In this document: positions 13,419-25,295 of the stretch, piece by piece
How the letters are laid out: each line of letters begins with the position of its first letter
Position numbering within the stretch: position 1 is the stretch's first letter
From: Sphaerodactylus townsendi
Taxonomy: Eukaryota
Length of the DNA stretch: 64,000 nt
Direction: 5' to 3'
Assembly: GCF_021028975.2 (NCBI RefSeq)
Contig: NC_059429.1
Coordinates: 78,740,001-78,804,000, forward strand
Position numbers and translations under genes: made by a program
The notes under the pieces: generated by a model
What the model was told of the DNA's origin: nothing
The model's input: the letters and a program-made list of their open reading frames with translations, nothing else
Database searches by the model: none

Positions 13419-13424
13419 TTTATT
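13419..13424 (-). terminator. Probable KIF21B polyadenylation signal (AATAAA)
   Basis: TTTATT on + strand; preceded on the sense strand by U/GU-rich UTR sequence with TGTA motifs and followed ~40 nt later by a G18 tract (13380-13363); alternative AATAAA at 13140-13135. Confidence 0.55.
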
Positions 13425-16400
13425 TAGAAGAGGAACAAACACACATATTGGAAAACCATGTACATCAGGAACCATAAATAACTTACACTATTTACACAGA
13501 GGTATAAAATCTTACACACTTCATCCTGCGTACATACACACACACACAGACCATTTTGCCTGATGACGCAGCCTCCGTTAGAAGCCCCAAACAAGCACCA
13601 GCCTTTTGTAAAAGATATTTCAGAGCAAGAAAAGGCACCTGTTATTTGAAGTTATGTGCTCTTCATACAAACCAACTGGTGGCACATATGACTAGGATTG
13701 GTCCTCACCTATGATATTTACATGCAGTAGAACAGGGGGTCACTCCAGGTTTCTTTTTCTTCCTTGAAATGTAGGGTGAGTGTATACTATCTGGCCACCA
13801 CAGTGCATAACAGCAGAACTAACAAGCAGGGCGGCAGCATCTCTGTGTGCCAGATCATAAACATCAGGAATACCATGATAATACGGCCGGAACTTCCTTG
13901 TACTGCTTGCTAGGGTAGATTATGGAGACCCACTTCTGAGTCATGTTGCACTGACCTCTCAGTGAACTTTTAAATTCAATCCAAGGAACACTACAAACAG
14001 AACTTTCTGCTTCATCACTTTGATCCAGGACATCATGTGCTCGAAGATGAAGGTCAACTGTAATTAACCAGTAAAATGGCTTATTAAGACTGCACCTGAC
14101 TGCAGCTCTAGAGATGTGCACTGCCCTTGCTACTGGAGCACTAACCCTATAAAAAGAGGTGGTCGGAAATTCTTCAGTATGAGAAAATATAATCTCATAC
14201 CTTAAAGCACAGTAGAAGAGTGGGGCACATGGGGCTGTATGGCAACATGGTCAGGAGAGGAGTACCCCCCATGCCAGACTGATTCCAGTATATCAAGTAT
14301 TACTTCATAGGACATTTCATAGTCTTTGTTCTACACAACTTCCTACAAAAAGAAATGTAGGAAGGTTTAGGTGAACTGTGTGCAGCTAATTTAAAATTGG
14401 AACCTAAATTTTTACAAGCAGTAACATTTTAAAAAAACACAGGAAACTAACTACGCTTCCCTACATACCAGACAAGGTAGCTTGGGTGGTAACACAAGGG
14501 GTTCAGGATGGTCAGGGGGAAAAAGGACTATGCTGATTTCACTGCCAATGGCAGATGGTCCCCCTTTCAAGACTTGATTCACCCAAACTTCTCCCCACTA
14601 TACAAAGTCAAGAGAAGATTGGCAAGCTTATTGTGATTATACAAGTGTCAGCCTCAGCGTTTATTGAAATTGTGCGGCTGGCTGACAACAAACAAGTCTT
14701 TGACTGGAACATAATAAGCAGTGAAGGCAAAGCACAGAGTCCCAACGACTCCCATCCTCGCTACAACTGGCTAACAGAACCAAGAGCTCAAAAATCAGGA
14801 CCAGTGTGAGAATGTCCCTTCCCCAGACTAATTCAAGTTTTATTTTTTTTTAAACAACAACAACAACAACACCTTGGGCCATGAGGTAGGTTAACACAAA
14901 CCAAGCTTTCACCCTCTTCAAAGCTCTCACACTCATATACACACACACATAAACATACACACACTTCTCCCTTCTCCCCTCCCCACTCCAAATAAAGCAC
15001 AAGACAATACATCAAAGCTCTAAAACACCCATACAGAATTACAGTACAACTTCCTACTCGAATGGAAGAATCTGCAGCTTCAACGCACTTGAGCGGGATT
15101 TTCACAATGCATTTGAGTGGACATCCCAGTTTATCAGAACCGAGGATTCCTACAAGTCAGGGGAAGAGCAGAGCTGTGGAAATATGTGAAGCATGCAGGA
15201 AGCAGGTTTATTTGGCCTGCTTGTCGGCACTGGCCCACCGGTGTACTGTTTTCCTCAAGTCCGTCTGCTGAAGAGATGAACATACATATATAATCTAGTT
15301 CCCAACCCTTTGGTGGAAAAGCACAGTACATATTAAGAGTTCATGTGCACAGCATATTCATTTATAAATGAGAGGAAAAAGAATTTGAGGTGTGCTTGGT
15401 ACCTCTCCAGTGAGGCATGGATAGGTCTTCTTTGATGCACACAGATGAAAGCTTTTTCTGTCACACGGTGACAGGGCTTAAACTAGTGTCCATGAATAAA
15501 CTGAGTGGAGTCGAAAGAGTCAGTGAAAGTTTAAGGTGTTCAAAGCACCAAAAATCAAGTCTCTCTTGCCTCTTCCTGGCAGAGCTCATGATACCACATG
15601 GTACATATATGAAACAGCTGGAATGGCTGCATTTCAAATAGGTATTAAAAAAGAGTTGCTTGGGATGAAGCTGTGAGGGGCTCTGTCACCCCATACCTGG
15701 GGAAGTGAGATGGTGCAAATTCATACCACCACACCTGAGCATCAAGAAATTCAAAATCATTTCTTACCATGCCTGAAAGCTGGGGGAGGAGAACAAATCC
15801 CTCACTTTTGTACTCATACGAAAACGAGTCCTTTCCCCGTCGGAGTGACAGTGTCATTTTCTGTGACCACTCCCACAGGACAAAATAAATAGATCCACAC
15901 ACCATCTCAGTTTGGTATTTACCACTGTACTAAGAGTCAAGTGTTCCAGTTTCTTGAGTTAAGCTGTAATATATGAAGGTTGCAATGTTTCAAACTTGAA
16001 AAATTCTTGATGCCACAGGGAAGGTAACACTGTAATAAATCTTTGTACAGGTGTACTTTAATACGATAGAAACATTCTTTTGTATGTTATGTCAGGAGCG
16101 TTTGTGATCTTCAAATGGCAAAAACCAATATCACAACTGGCAGTTGAAAACGAAAACCTTTGGTGATTCCACTTCTGGAGAGAAAGCTGAGAAATACCAC
16201 ACATGCTCAACAACAAGGTGGACTCTTGTGCCTTCTCCCAAACCCACTTTTCCCTCTTTAGGGGGAAAAAAAAGCTCTCTGGCCATCACTGAAATAAAAA
16301 AAACAAAACCAGCACTTCATTAACACTCAGAGCAACAAATATTCTCTAAAATTATGACATGCAGGAAAGACATCCAGGAAGCTGTTGGCAGGTTCCAATT

Positions 16401-16932
16401 TCCTCTTGTTGATTTCACTGTTGAGACCTGAACTATAAGGCATGCATATGAAGTTGTGGAAGAAATGACTGTGGCTTTCTCAGCTTATGGAGTAAAAGAT
16501 GTTGCAGAACCTCTCCTACATCGTGCTGCCTCATGTCTCCTGGGTGAGGTTGAGAAAATCCTGCTTTGGGGCCAAATGGAGTCTGCCTGGAGAAATGCTC
16601 TCAAACACTCAGCTTAAGCTTTCCTTTTTTAGATGGCAACATGTGGTCAGGCTTCATTCTGCCACTCAATGTCATTGTAAAATCCTATCAAGCAATTATA
16701 GGGGTTGGGAAAATAGGAAGAAAAAGAGATTTTGCAGTACCATCCAACTGCCACCTATTCGCTGGTGCAGAGTACCAAAAATCAGGGTTGCCCTCTTTTC
16801 TATATCCCTGAAGAGTACAAAATTCCAGTGTGAAGATGATCACTGCTTCGTAGCCTTTATAAGTCAGGTTCAGCAAGAACACCATTGTTGGTGAACCCTG
16901 CTGTGGCTTCCATGCCTAGTGTTCCCCCAGTT

Positions 16933-16987
16933 CTAGACTGTGCTGTTCAGTAGCTTCCTCACACTCCAGAGCTTCACAGTCCAGTCG
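16933..16987 (-). CDS. KIF21B: KIF21B terminal exon, distal acceptor: (S)DWTVKLWSVRKLLNSTV*
   Basis: ttctccag|C GAC TGG; phase 2 matches exon 34; TAG at 16935-16933; completes last WD blade (DxTVKLW). Confidence 0.85.
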
Positions 16988-17639
16988 CTGGAGAATAAAG
17001 ACAGAAGGGTGAGAATGTGATGCTTGCAGAGTGGGACACAAAACATTACACTGGTTAGGAAAAGAAAGCCAGAGCAGTAATAGTAGAGCAATGGACCTAC
17101 CCTGCTCCCCTCTCTACCCCCCTGCAATGCCCAAGGGCAACATGAAGGCACTGGTGCTCCCCTCAAACCAGATGGCTTCCTCATTGATCGTGAAATACAA
17201 AGAATTCCACATGCTGCAAAATGGGGTATCTGTGGCTCCATCTCATGCAGCCTGCACCCTTCTCTGGATCCCCCACCGACCTTCACATACCAATTCTAAA
17301 CAGAGTTTTGGGGGGAAATGAAGGAAACAAGTTCCTCTGATTTCAAGGGACATTGATTCCAACCTAAGTGTTCAGTCTTACTAATTAAACCAAGCTGGCA
17401 AATAAGGAAAATAAATGAGCTGGGTTTTCAACAGCCCCCTTAGAAGTGGGCTGCGGAGTGATGGCTCCCTTGGTAAAGGGCACCCTAAAGGGAAAGAAAA
17501 GCAAGTAAGCATTGCATACCGTTAAGAAGCAGCTGAGATCAGCTTGTAGAGGGGAGGGGTATAGGGAGGAGAAGAAGATTGGGGAGGGAGAACATAGCAA
17601 GAAAGAGTGAACAGGAGAGCAGAGAAGACAGGAGGAGGG

Positions 17640-17739
17640 TCAAGGCAGACTGGTGGCACGGCCCTTGATGGCAAGGACGCGTCGTGGAAGGCAGGGGGTG
17701 AGCCCAGGCACGTAATTCCATAACTTTACCCGGCAGTCA
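17640..17739 (-). CDS. KIF21B: KIF21B terminal exon, proximal acceptor: (S)[32 protein letters not shown]
   Basis: long CT tract then ccgcag|T GAC TGC; phase 2 matches exon 34; TGA at 17642-17640. Confidence 0.9.
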
Positions 17740-18470
17740 CTGCGGCACATAGAAACAGAGAGAGAAAGAGAGGAAGACAGAAAAGGAAAAAAGAAACACA
17801 GTCGGAAAAGTGGAGCTAAGAGACTCCATAAGAGGGGAAAGTGAGTAATGTGGTCTAGGCTGCCCTGCCAGATATGGCCTCAATGCCAGAGCTTTGCTGC
17901 TTGCTAGCATTCCATTCCTAGCTCTGCCAGAATCTCCATGTGACAATGGCAGATTATGAAACATTGCTGTATCACTACTCTCAATTTATGATCACTAGAA
18001 TAAACCACTATACTCTCAGGTGAGGCATGCTCAGGCACTCCCTACTTGGTCATATTTGGTGCCTTGATTTAGAAAAGAACATTTAATAAGGGTGGTTCCA
18101 GCATCTCCTTTATACTTCGCTACCCAAACAAGGAACGAAACTGAACTGTGCAGGATCTCACTGAAGACAGGGAAGGAGTCTCCAACATAATGAACCACCT
18201 CAAAAAAAGACGTTGCTAGGTTTGGAAGAGGCAAAGCTTTGGCAGATCCCACAGTGCTGAGATGAACACAGCTGTACTGTGGAAAGGCTCAAGGAACACA
18301 GTAATGACAAAAACAATGCCTCTTTAAGGCTCTTCCCTCTAGGAGGGCCTGCAACCAGCCCAAGGAACCTTTGTTACCTTGAATGGTTAACTCCCTGAGA
18401 TGGAATTGAGTGGGCAAAGAATTCAGGGTCTTCTTGTGGGGCAAGGAAGATTCCAGCCCTGCACACTCAC

Positions 18471-18670
18471 CTGGATGCTGTGAATATGTGCTTCGAATTG
18501 GTGCAGATGGCATTGATAGGACTGTCATGTCCCTTAATGTCCCCAACAGGATTGAAGTTGTCAACATTCCAGACCTTCACCATCCCACCACGGCAGGCAC
18601 TCAGCAACATGGGCCGGCTGGGCACAAAGGCCAAGGCACAAACCCAGTCTTTGTGTGCATTGGGGATTTG
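18471..18670 (-). CDS. KIF21B: KIF21B exon ~34, WD40 ([15 protein letters not shown]...KHIFTAS)
   Basis: ttccag|CAA ... CCAG|gtgagt; 200 nt, phase 0 to 2. Confidence 0.95.
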
Positions 18671-19576
18671 CTGGAAATGGGACAAAATTATCTGAATTAG
18701 CAAAGGCCTGTTCTCACACAAAACATTCCCTTTACAAAGCCCTCTGAAAGAGGAAAGGGGGTTAAAAACAAACATAAGAGAGAAGACTGTAAACCAGACA
18801 AGGATAGAATGTGTATATATATACTGATATCCATTGTAGGAGCTATGCTCTGGCATTTGGAAGGACAGCACAACATGAGCATGATATGAAGTAGTTTTAA
18901 AAATTAAACTCACAAATAAGTCTACAAAATGTCACAGACAACGCTGGACCCACCTGTGGTGCTTACCACCAGTGATGTCACTGGCACTGTTAATAACAGC
19001 ACCACACCCACATTCCACGCAGCACCTATGACTGCAACTTGCAAATGCTGGAGGAGGCAGGATAGTATTTTCCCAGGAACAGAATGTTGTGATTTGTGTG
19101 TTTAGAAACCTCATTGCAACAGAAGTGCTAGTTCTTTGAACAACACTGAACCATCTTAAAAGGCCCCCAGAGATTCGGAAATCTGCTTTATCTCCTAACA
19201 GCCATTACCTTAATTTCACTGAGGGATTTGTTGAGATCAATACAATAAGAGATAGCAAATGCTTGCAGGTAACACAAGTGTTGCAGATAGATCTCGAGTG
19301 TCTGTGCAGTGCTACCACATGCAGAACACACCACCTTATCACTGGCTGCCTTTTGAGTATCTGAAACAATTTTGGAGAAGTCATTCAGGGGTGTTAGCAA
19401 GTGATTTTCTGGTCCCTGCTCCACAAATGGAATTTAGGCAGCATGTGCATGTCAGCATCTTCAGCACTCTGCTGCTCCACACAAGATACTAGACAAAATA
19501 TCTTTCTCTCCTGGCTTTTGCCCCTCCTATCATTCACCGACCCTGAATCCCATTCAGTCTCTCACACCCTCCATAC

Positions 19577-19747
19577 CTGGATGAGCTCCTGCTGCTCTAG
19601 GTCCCATTTCTTGATGCCGTTGTCCCTGGAGCCGCTGAAGAGAACATCTCCCTGAATAGCTAGGCATTCAATGCCATCATAATGTGGGGGTTCAAAGTTG
19701 TGGGTGGGGCCAACATTCCCACCGACACCTTCTGTAATTTCAAACAT
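19577..19747 (-). CDS. KIF21B: KIF21B exon ~33, WD40 (MFEITEG...[21 protein letters not shown])
   Basis: ttgcag|ATG ... CAG|gtatgg; 171 nt. Confidence 0.95.
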
Positions 19748-20277
19748 CTGCAAGAAAAGAGATCTCAGAGAAATGGCCAATCAAAACCCACTCTGTCTCA
19801 CCTGAAGTAAGCCTCAGGCTCAGTGCCCTCCATTGCCAAAGAAGAAGGGATAGTATTAGAGCAATGGAAGTCTACAGACAGCACTCTGCCTCCTAGACAC
19901 ACACCACCACCACCCCTGCCAAGAGAAAGGGAGGTATATCACCAGGAACAAAAACATCTAGAAACAGAAATGTGGATTAGCAGGAACTTGATGTGTAGCA
20001 CTTTTATCATGCTTGAACTAGTTCTAGGATATTTTATAGGAAAGAATGTGGGGAAACAGAACAGTCCCCAGCTCTCTTCAGCTGTAAATGCTGGTGACAC
20101 AATTATGGTTAATGCACAATTCCACCTTTGTTTTCCAATCTATTCACAAAGAGGAGACAGTTATCTTCAATAAATGATAGCTGTGGGACTTGGCAAGGTG
20201 TAAACAGCTGGCCGATTTACCACATATTACTTGCCTTTTAGGACAGCTCTGCTCCTCTCCTATTGAAGAAGCAGAAC

Positions 20278-21580
20278 CACTGGCGTAATGCCCATTGGGC
20301 AAGGTGGGCAGCTGCCCAGGGCATCACCTTGTGGGGGGCATCAAAATGCTGGGTTCGTTTTTGGGTATATTAGTGGTTTTCCATTTTTGGCCTGCAGGGG
20401 GCGCAGTTTTTAGGCTAGTGGCACCAAAATTTCAGCGTATCATCAGGAGACTGTCCTTATGCTACCCCCCATGTTTGGTGAGGTTTGGTTTAAGGAGTCC
20501 AAAGTTATGGATTCCCAAAGGGGGTGCCCCTATCCCCCATTGTTTCCAATGGGAGCTAATAGGAGATGGGGGCTACAGTTTTGAGGGTCCATAACTTTGG
20601 TCCCCCTGAACCAAACTGCACCAAACATGGGGGGTATCATTAAGGCAGTCTCCTGATGAGACCCTGAAAGTTTTGAGACTGTGCCTTCATAAATGTGCCC
20701 CCCAGCCTGCAACCCCATTGACAGCAATGCAGAAAACTCAATGCAGAACAAAGATTCTTGGGCAAATTTCAGGATGTTCTTGCAGGGAGGGCATTCTTGG
20801 ACGTATCAGCACCAAAATTTCAGGGTATCATCTAGAGACTGTCATTATGGCACCCCCAATGTTTGGTGCAGTTTGGTTCAGGGGGTCCAAAGTTATGGAC
20901 CCTCAAAACTGTAGCCCCCATCTCCTTAGCAAAGAATATGGGATGGGGTACCTCATTTGAGGGTCCATAACTTTGGACCCCCTAAACCAAACTGCACCAA
21001 ACTTGGGGGGTCCCATTAGGATAGTTTCCAGATGATACCCTGACATTTTGGTGCTGATACATCAAAAAATGCGCCCCCTTCAGGAACATCCTAGAAATTT
21101 GCCCAAAAATCTTTGTTCTGCATTGAGTTTTCTGTATTGCTGTCAATGTGGGTTGCAGGCGGGGGGGGGGCATTTCTGAAGGCACAGTCTCAAAGCTTTC
21201 AGGGTCTCATCGGAAGACTGCCCTGATGATACCCCCCAGGTTTGGTGCAGTTTGGTTCAGGGGGGCCAAAGTTATGGACCCTCAAAACTGTAGACCCCAT
21301 CTATTAGCTCCCACTGGAAACAATGGGGGATGGGAGTCCATAACTTTGGACTCCTTGAACCAAACCTCACCAAACTTGGGGAGTAGCATAAGGACAGTCT
21401 CCTGATGATATGCTGAAATTGTGGTGCTGATGTGTCTAAAAGTGCACCCCCTGCAGGCACCAATGTCCTGGTGCAAAAAAAAATTGGTTGTGGTGGAGTG
21501 GCTGCCCATGGAGGGGGGGCATCCAACTCAGGTTTTGCCCAGGGCTACAGTTTGCCCAGGGCTGCCTCGTTACGCCCCTG
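20278..21580. mobile_element. Non-autonomous hAT element with long internal palindrome
   Basis: 8-bp TSD AGCAGAAC (20270-20277; 21581-21588); TIRs CACTGGCGTAATG / CAGGGGCGTAACG; no transposase ORF. Confidence 0.88.
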
Positions 21581-22284
21581 AGCAGAACAAAGGAAGAATG
21601 GATGGATTTCAGGTCCAAGGACCAACACCAACCACCAGTTTTATTTCATCAGTACCAGATGTGACACACACTAGGCAGAGAGAGTGCCTTTTCTGTGGTG
21701 GCATCTTTTGTTGGGTACTTCTCCACAGTTGGCCATCTCTGTTTGCCTTTTGGTAATTTTTTTTAAAAAATGGCTTTCTCTTCATTTTTGTTGCTTTTTG
21801 GTTAGCTATAAACTTTCGATTACATAGAGATTTTTACATTGCAAATTGTGGGTTTTAGTGTGATTTTAAACTCCTGAACTTTCTCATATTGTGTAAACTG
21901 TCTTTGGCTAAGAGTAACTGCAGGAGGTTTTTTTTTTAAAAAGCAAACAATATGTCAATTAATAAACTGAAAAAATACATATCATATGACATCAGAATAA
22001 CTTGGACATTTATGACACCAATGAAGACCTCAAGGGCTCTCTGTCAAGATAGAAGATCCATTATGCAGCTTGACTGAAATAAAAGACATCCAGCCAGAAC
22101 TACTGGACCACAGATGGACTGAAAAATGTTTTTAAGAAGGAAGGAAAGCAAAGCCCCCACTCTAATGCCACTGATACCATACTGAAAACGTTTTACTTTA
22201 GACAAGATATGAGGGCATCCAAATCATGTAACAAAGTGCTCTTATGAATGCTGCCCATGGGACCCTTGGCAAATCAGCTAGTAC

Positions 22285-22402
22285 CTTGATATAGTGGTCT
22301 TTGGATCCTGTAATGACCAGGTCATGGTTGCTTGAAGTCTGGCTCACCGTGAGGCACATCACAGGCCCAATGTGACCTGTCAGCTTCCCAATGGGCTGCA
22401 AT
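22285..22402 (-). CDS. KIF21B: KIF21B exon ~32, WD40 ([14 protein letters not shown]...GSKDHYIK)
   Basis: ggccag|A ... AAG|gtacta; 118 nt, phase 2 to 0. Confidence 0.94.
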
Positions 22403-22565
22403 CTGGCCAAAAAAAGGGAAAAGAATTGAAATATAGTGTTTTATATTAATTGTTTGATTTTTTTGTTTTCATTTTTTGTATCCTATTTTTGATGTTTTCT
22501 GTCTTCTTGATATTTTATATAAATGAGAAATAATAAAACATTTTTTAAAAAGAAAAGATATGAGA

Positions 22566-22845
22566 GGAGATGCAGAGGCATAGTGGTTAAGAGCAGGTGA
22601 CCACTAATCTGGAGGAACCGGGTTTGAGGTGTGGAGGCTTATCTGGGGAATTCAGATTAGCCTGTGCACTCCAGCACACGTAGCTGGGTGACTTTGTGCT
22701 AGTCATAGTTCTCCTGAGCTCTCAAAGCCCCACCTACCTCACAGGGTATTTGTTGGGGGGGGGGGAAGGGAAAGGAGATTGTCACCCCCTTTGAGTCTCT
22801 TTACAGGAGAGAAAGGGGGGATATAAATCCAACTCTTTTTCTTCT
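22566..22845 (+). mobile_element. tRNA/MIR(Ther1)-derived SINE, Squam3-like
   Basis: Homologous to 63381-63690; deletion through B-box region; ends ataaatccaactcttttcttc. Confidence 0.8.
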
Positions 22846-23389
22846 CTGTGGGTAAAAACTCCTATGTATGAACACATGTTGACAATACACCTTCTTTCCT
22901 TCCTTTGCTCATGCTGCTGCAGACATAAAGGGCCCTAGAAGTATAACTGCAAAACTGGAAGCCCTACCTGGAACCCCTTAGTTTGGCTATTTAAGCAGTT
23001 TTGGTACAGTCATAGCCTTTTATTTATTTAAAACATTTGTTGGCCACCCTTTTCCCTTGTGGAACTCAAGATAGCTTACAATACAAATAAAATATTATGA
23101 AACGCACAATGAAAACAACAATAAAATCCATAGAAGTCATAGCCTAAAAACTCAAATTAGGACTGCCAATAATAAAAGCTAAATCAATCAAAATGCATTT
23201 TAAATAAAAGTGTATTCAACTGCCTCCTGAAGATTAATAATGTTGTCTTAGACCATAACTTGTTTTTATTATCTTTGGTTTTATGCTGGACTGGAGCTTT
23301 TTTGTGTTGGTTTTAAATTCATGTTTTAATTTAATGTTTTGTTCTTATTATTTTTATTTTGGAAGATGCCTCAGACAGGTTCTAGGAGA

Positions 23390-23498
23390 AGCAGCAAAAA
23401 GCAATTCTAAATAAATATGTATAGAATAGGTCAGGATTATGAGCAGCAAAAAGCAATTCTAAATAAATATGTATAGAATAGGTCAGGATTATGAGCAG
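23390..23498. repeat. Perfect 52-bp tandem duplication
   Basis: gcagcaaaaagcaattctaaataaatatgtatagaataggtcaggattatga x2 (23391-23442, 23443-23494). Confidence 0.95.
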
Positions 23499-23611
23499 GT
23501 CATATTTCTCCTTTTAATGAAAAGCTGCTCTCTAATTCCCAGCCTGTATTGCTCTCCATAAGATGTTTCTGGATTCCTCCAATAAGTCGAACTTTGAGTT
23601 TGCCCTCTGAC

Positions 23612-23776
23612 CTGTTCAGCTCCCAGATGCGGACGGAGTTTCCAGTGGCTGCATAAAGCGTGGTGCCTGTGGGATTGAGGGCAATCTGGTTGATCTGGTG
23701 CTCGCCTTGCACACTGGTGATAGTGCGGGTAGCGGTCCCAGCACAGGCATCCCCAGAAATCACTTGGCCCGATGAC
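23612..23776 (-). CDS. KIF21B: KIF21B exon ~31, WD40 ([11 protein letters not shown]...SVRIWELN)
   Basis: tcttag|G ... ACAG|gtcaga; 165 nt, phase 2 to 2. Confidence 0.93.
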
Positions 23777-23901
23777 CTAAGACACACAGAAAGAGACTGA
23801 AACAGAAACACAGGACCTGACAGTAGCTTGGATGGAACATCTTCTGCATAAGATAAGCAAAAAAACTGCACATGTGCTGAGGCAGTCCAACTGGCTTACA
23901 A

Positions 23902-25295
23902 CAGTGGTGGGATCCCAAAATTTTAATAACAGGTTCCCATGGTGGTGGGATTCAAACAGTGGCGTAGAGCCAATGGGACTGGGCGAGGCACGACAGGGGT
24001 GTGGCCGGGCATTCCAGGGGCGGGGCATTAATAATTTCTCTGTTACTGTAAAAAACTCTTACTGTAAAAAAAAAAGTTCCTAATTTTCAGCTGGTATCTT
24101 TTTGTCCATAATTTAAACTCATTATAGCAAGTCCTATCATCTACTGCCAACAGAAACAACTACTTCTCCTCTAATTGATTGCCTGTCAAATACTTAATAC
24201 TTTCAAATACTTAATTTTGTTTCTAGAAATCAAAAGAAAAATACTTTCCTTAAACAAGGAACTTTACCATATTTCTAAAACATGTTTTTAAAACATCCCA
24301 ACAACAGGGAGAATTATCCTGTTTTCTACCTTCGCTAACCAGCCACATAGGAAACAACAGGACTTTATGCCAACTGTGAAATCATGAGCGGTCACTACAG
24401 TTTAGTGAAGATTCACCATCACCACTGTTTGTTAACTATATTCTGAAGGGCAAATACATTCAATACTCAAAATAATTTGCACTTTAGATTAAGACACAAA
24501 TTCATGAAAACATGGATCAGATGGACCATTCCTACTGCATAGGTATATTCAAGAGCTAGATATCAAGACTACTGCTAGGATACACAGGTCATGACTTTTT
24601 TAAAAATTGAGTAAGCATTAATAGTTAGTACCTTTAACCTATACAAAATGCTTTGTAATCCTTTAGCCCCATGAATACCTAAAATCAGTCATTAACACTC
24701 CCTTTTTATTCCTGGGTGACCTTGGGCTAGTCACAGCTTTCAGCCCCACCCACCTCACAGGGTGTTTGTTGTGAGGGGGGAAGGGCAAGGAGATTGTAAG
24801 CCCCTTTGAGTCTCCTGCAGGAGAGAAAGGGGGGATATAAATCCAAACTCTTCTTCTTCTTCTTCTGTTTCAAGTAAAAAATAAACCAGATCATCATCCT
24901 TTGTGAACTAGAATTCGCAATCCATACTATATATTCTGCAAATATTTCACATTAATTAATCCAGGATTAGAGACACAGATTAGCATAACATTCTCACATA
25001 CAGGAATACAGAGCTTTTAAGTGGCCAAGCATCATGGTAAATCACAATTTATCATAAAATGAACAGAGTGCCAAAATAAATAGCCTACCAAGCAAGTAAA
25101 GAGTCCCCTGGACCCAATAGTAGTTAAAAGGTCCCTCCTCTTACTAGCTCTGGGCTACGAGAAAGAAGAAGAGAGGGGGAGGCGAGGGCATGGAGACGGA
25201 AAAGCGGACCCAATTAATAACCCCCTCTCGGCACACACAAATAATTAGTAGCCCACTCTCGGGAACTGGTGAGAACCTGCTGGATCCCACCTCTG
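23902..25295. mobile_element. Non-autonomous hAT element (CAGTGGTGGGAT-type TIR) with nested SINE
   Basis: 8-bp TSD GCTTACAA (23894-23901; 25296-25303); TIRs CAGTGGTGGGATCC / CAGAGGTGGGATCC. Confidence 0.88.
24712..24866 (+). mobile_element. 5'-truncated Squam3-like SINE with (CTT)n tail
   Basis: Near-identical to the 3' half of 63381-63690. Confidence 0.85.

Noticed and set aside
20390-21460. Regularly recurring repeats reminiscent of a CRISPR array
   Set aside because: Repeats are inverted, long and degenerate with no unique spacers; vertebrate DNA with no cas genes
20295-21756. Cluster of overlapping ORFs with repeated peptide motifs (PPMFGAVWFRG.KVMDPQNC)
   Set aside because: Translation of the palindromic modules of a non-autonomous hAT element; no transposase motifs and no splice support
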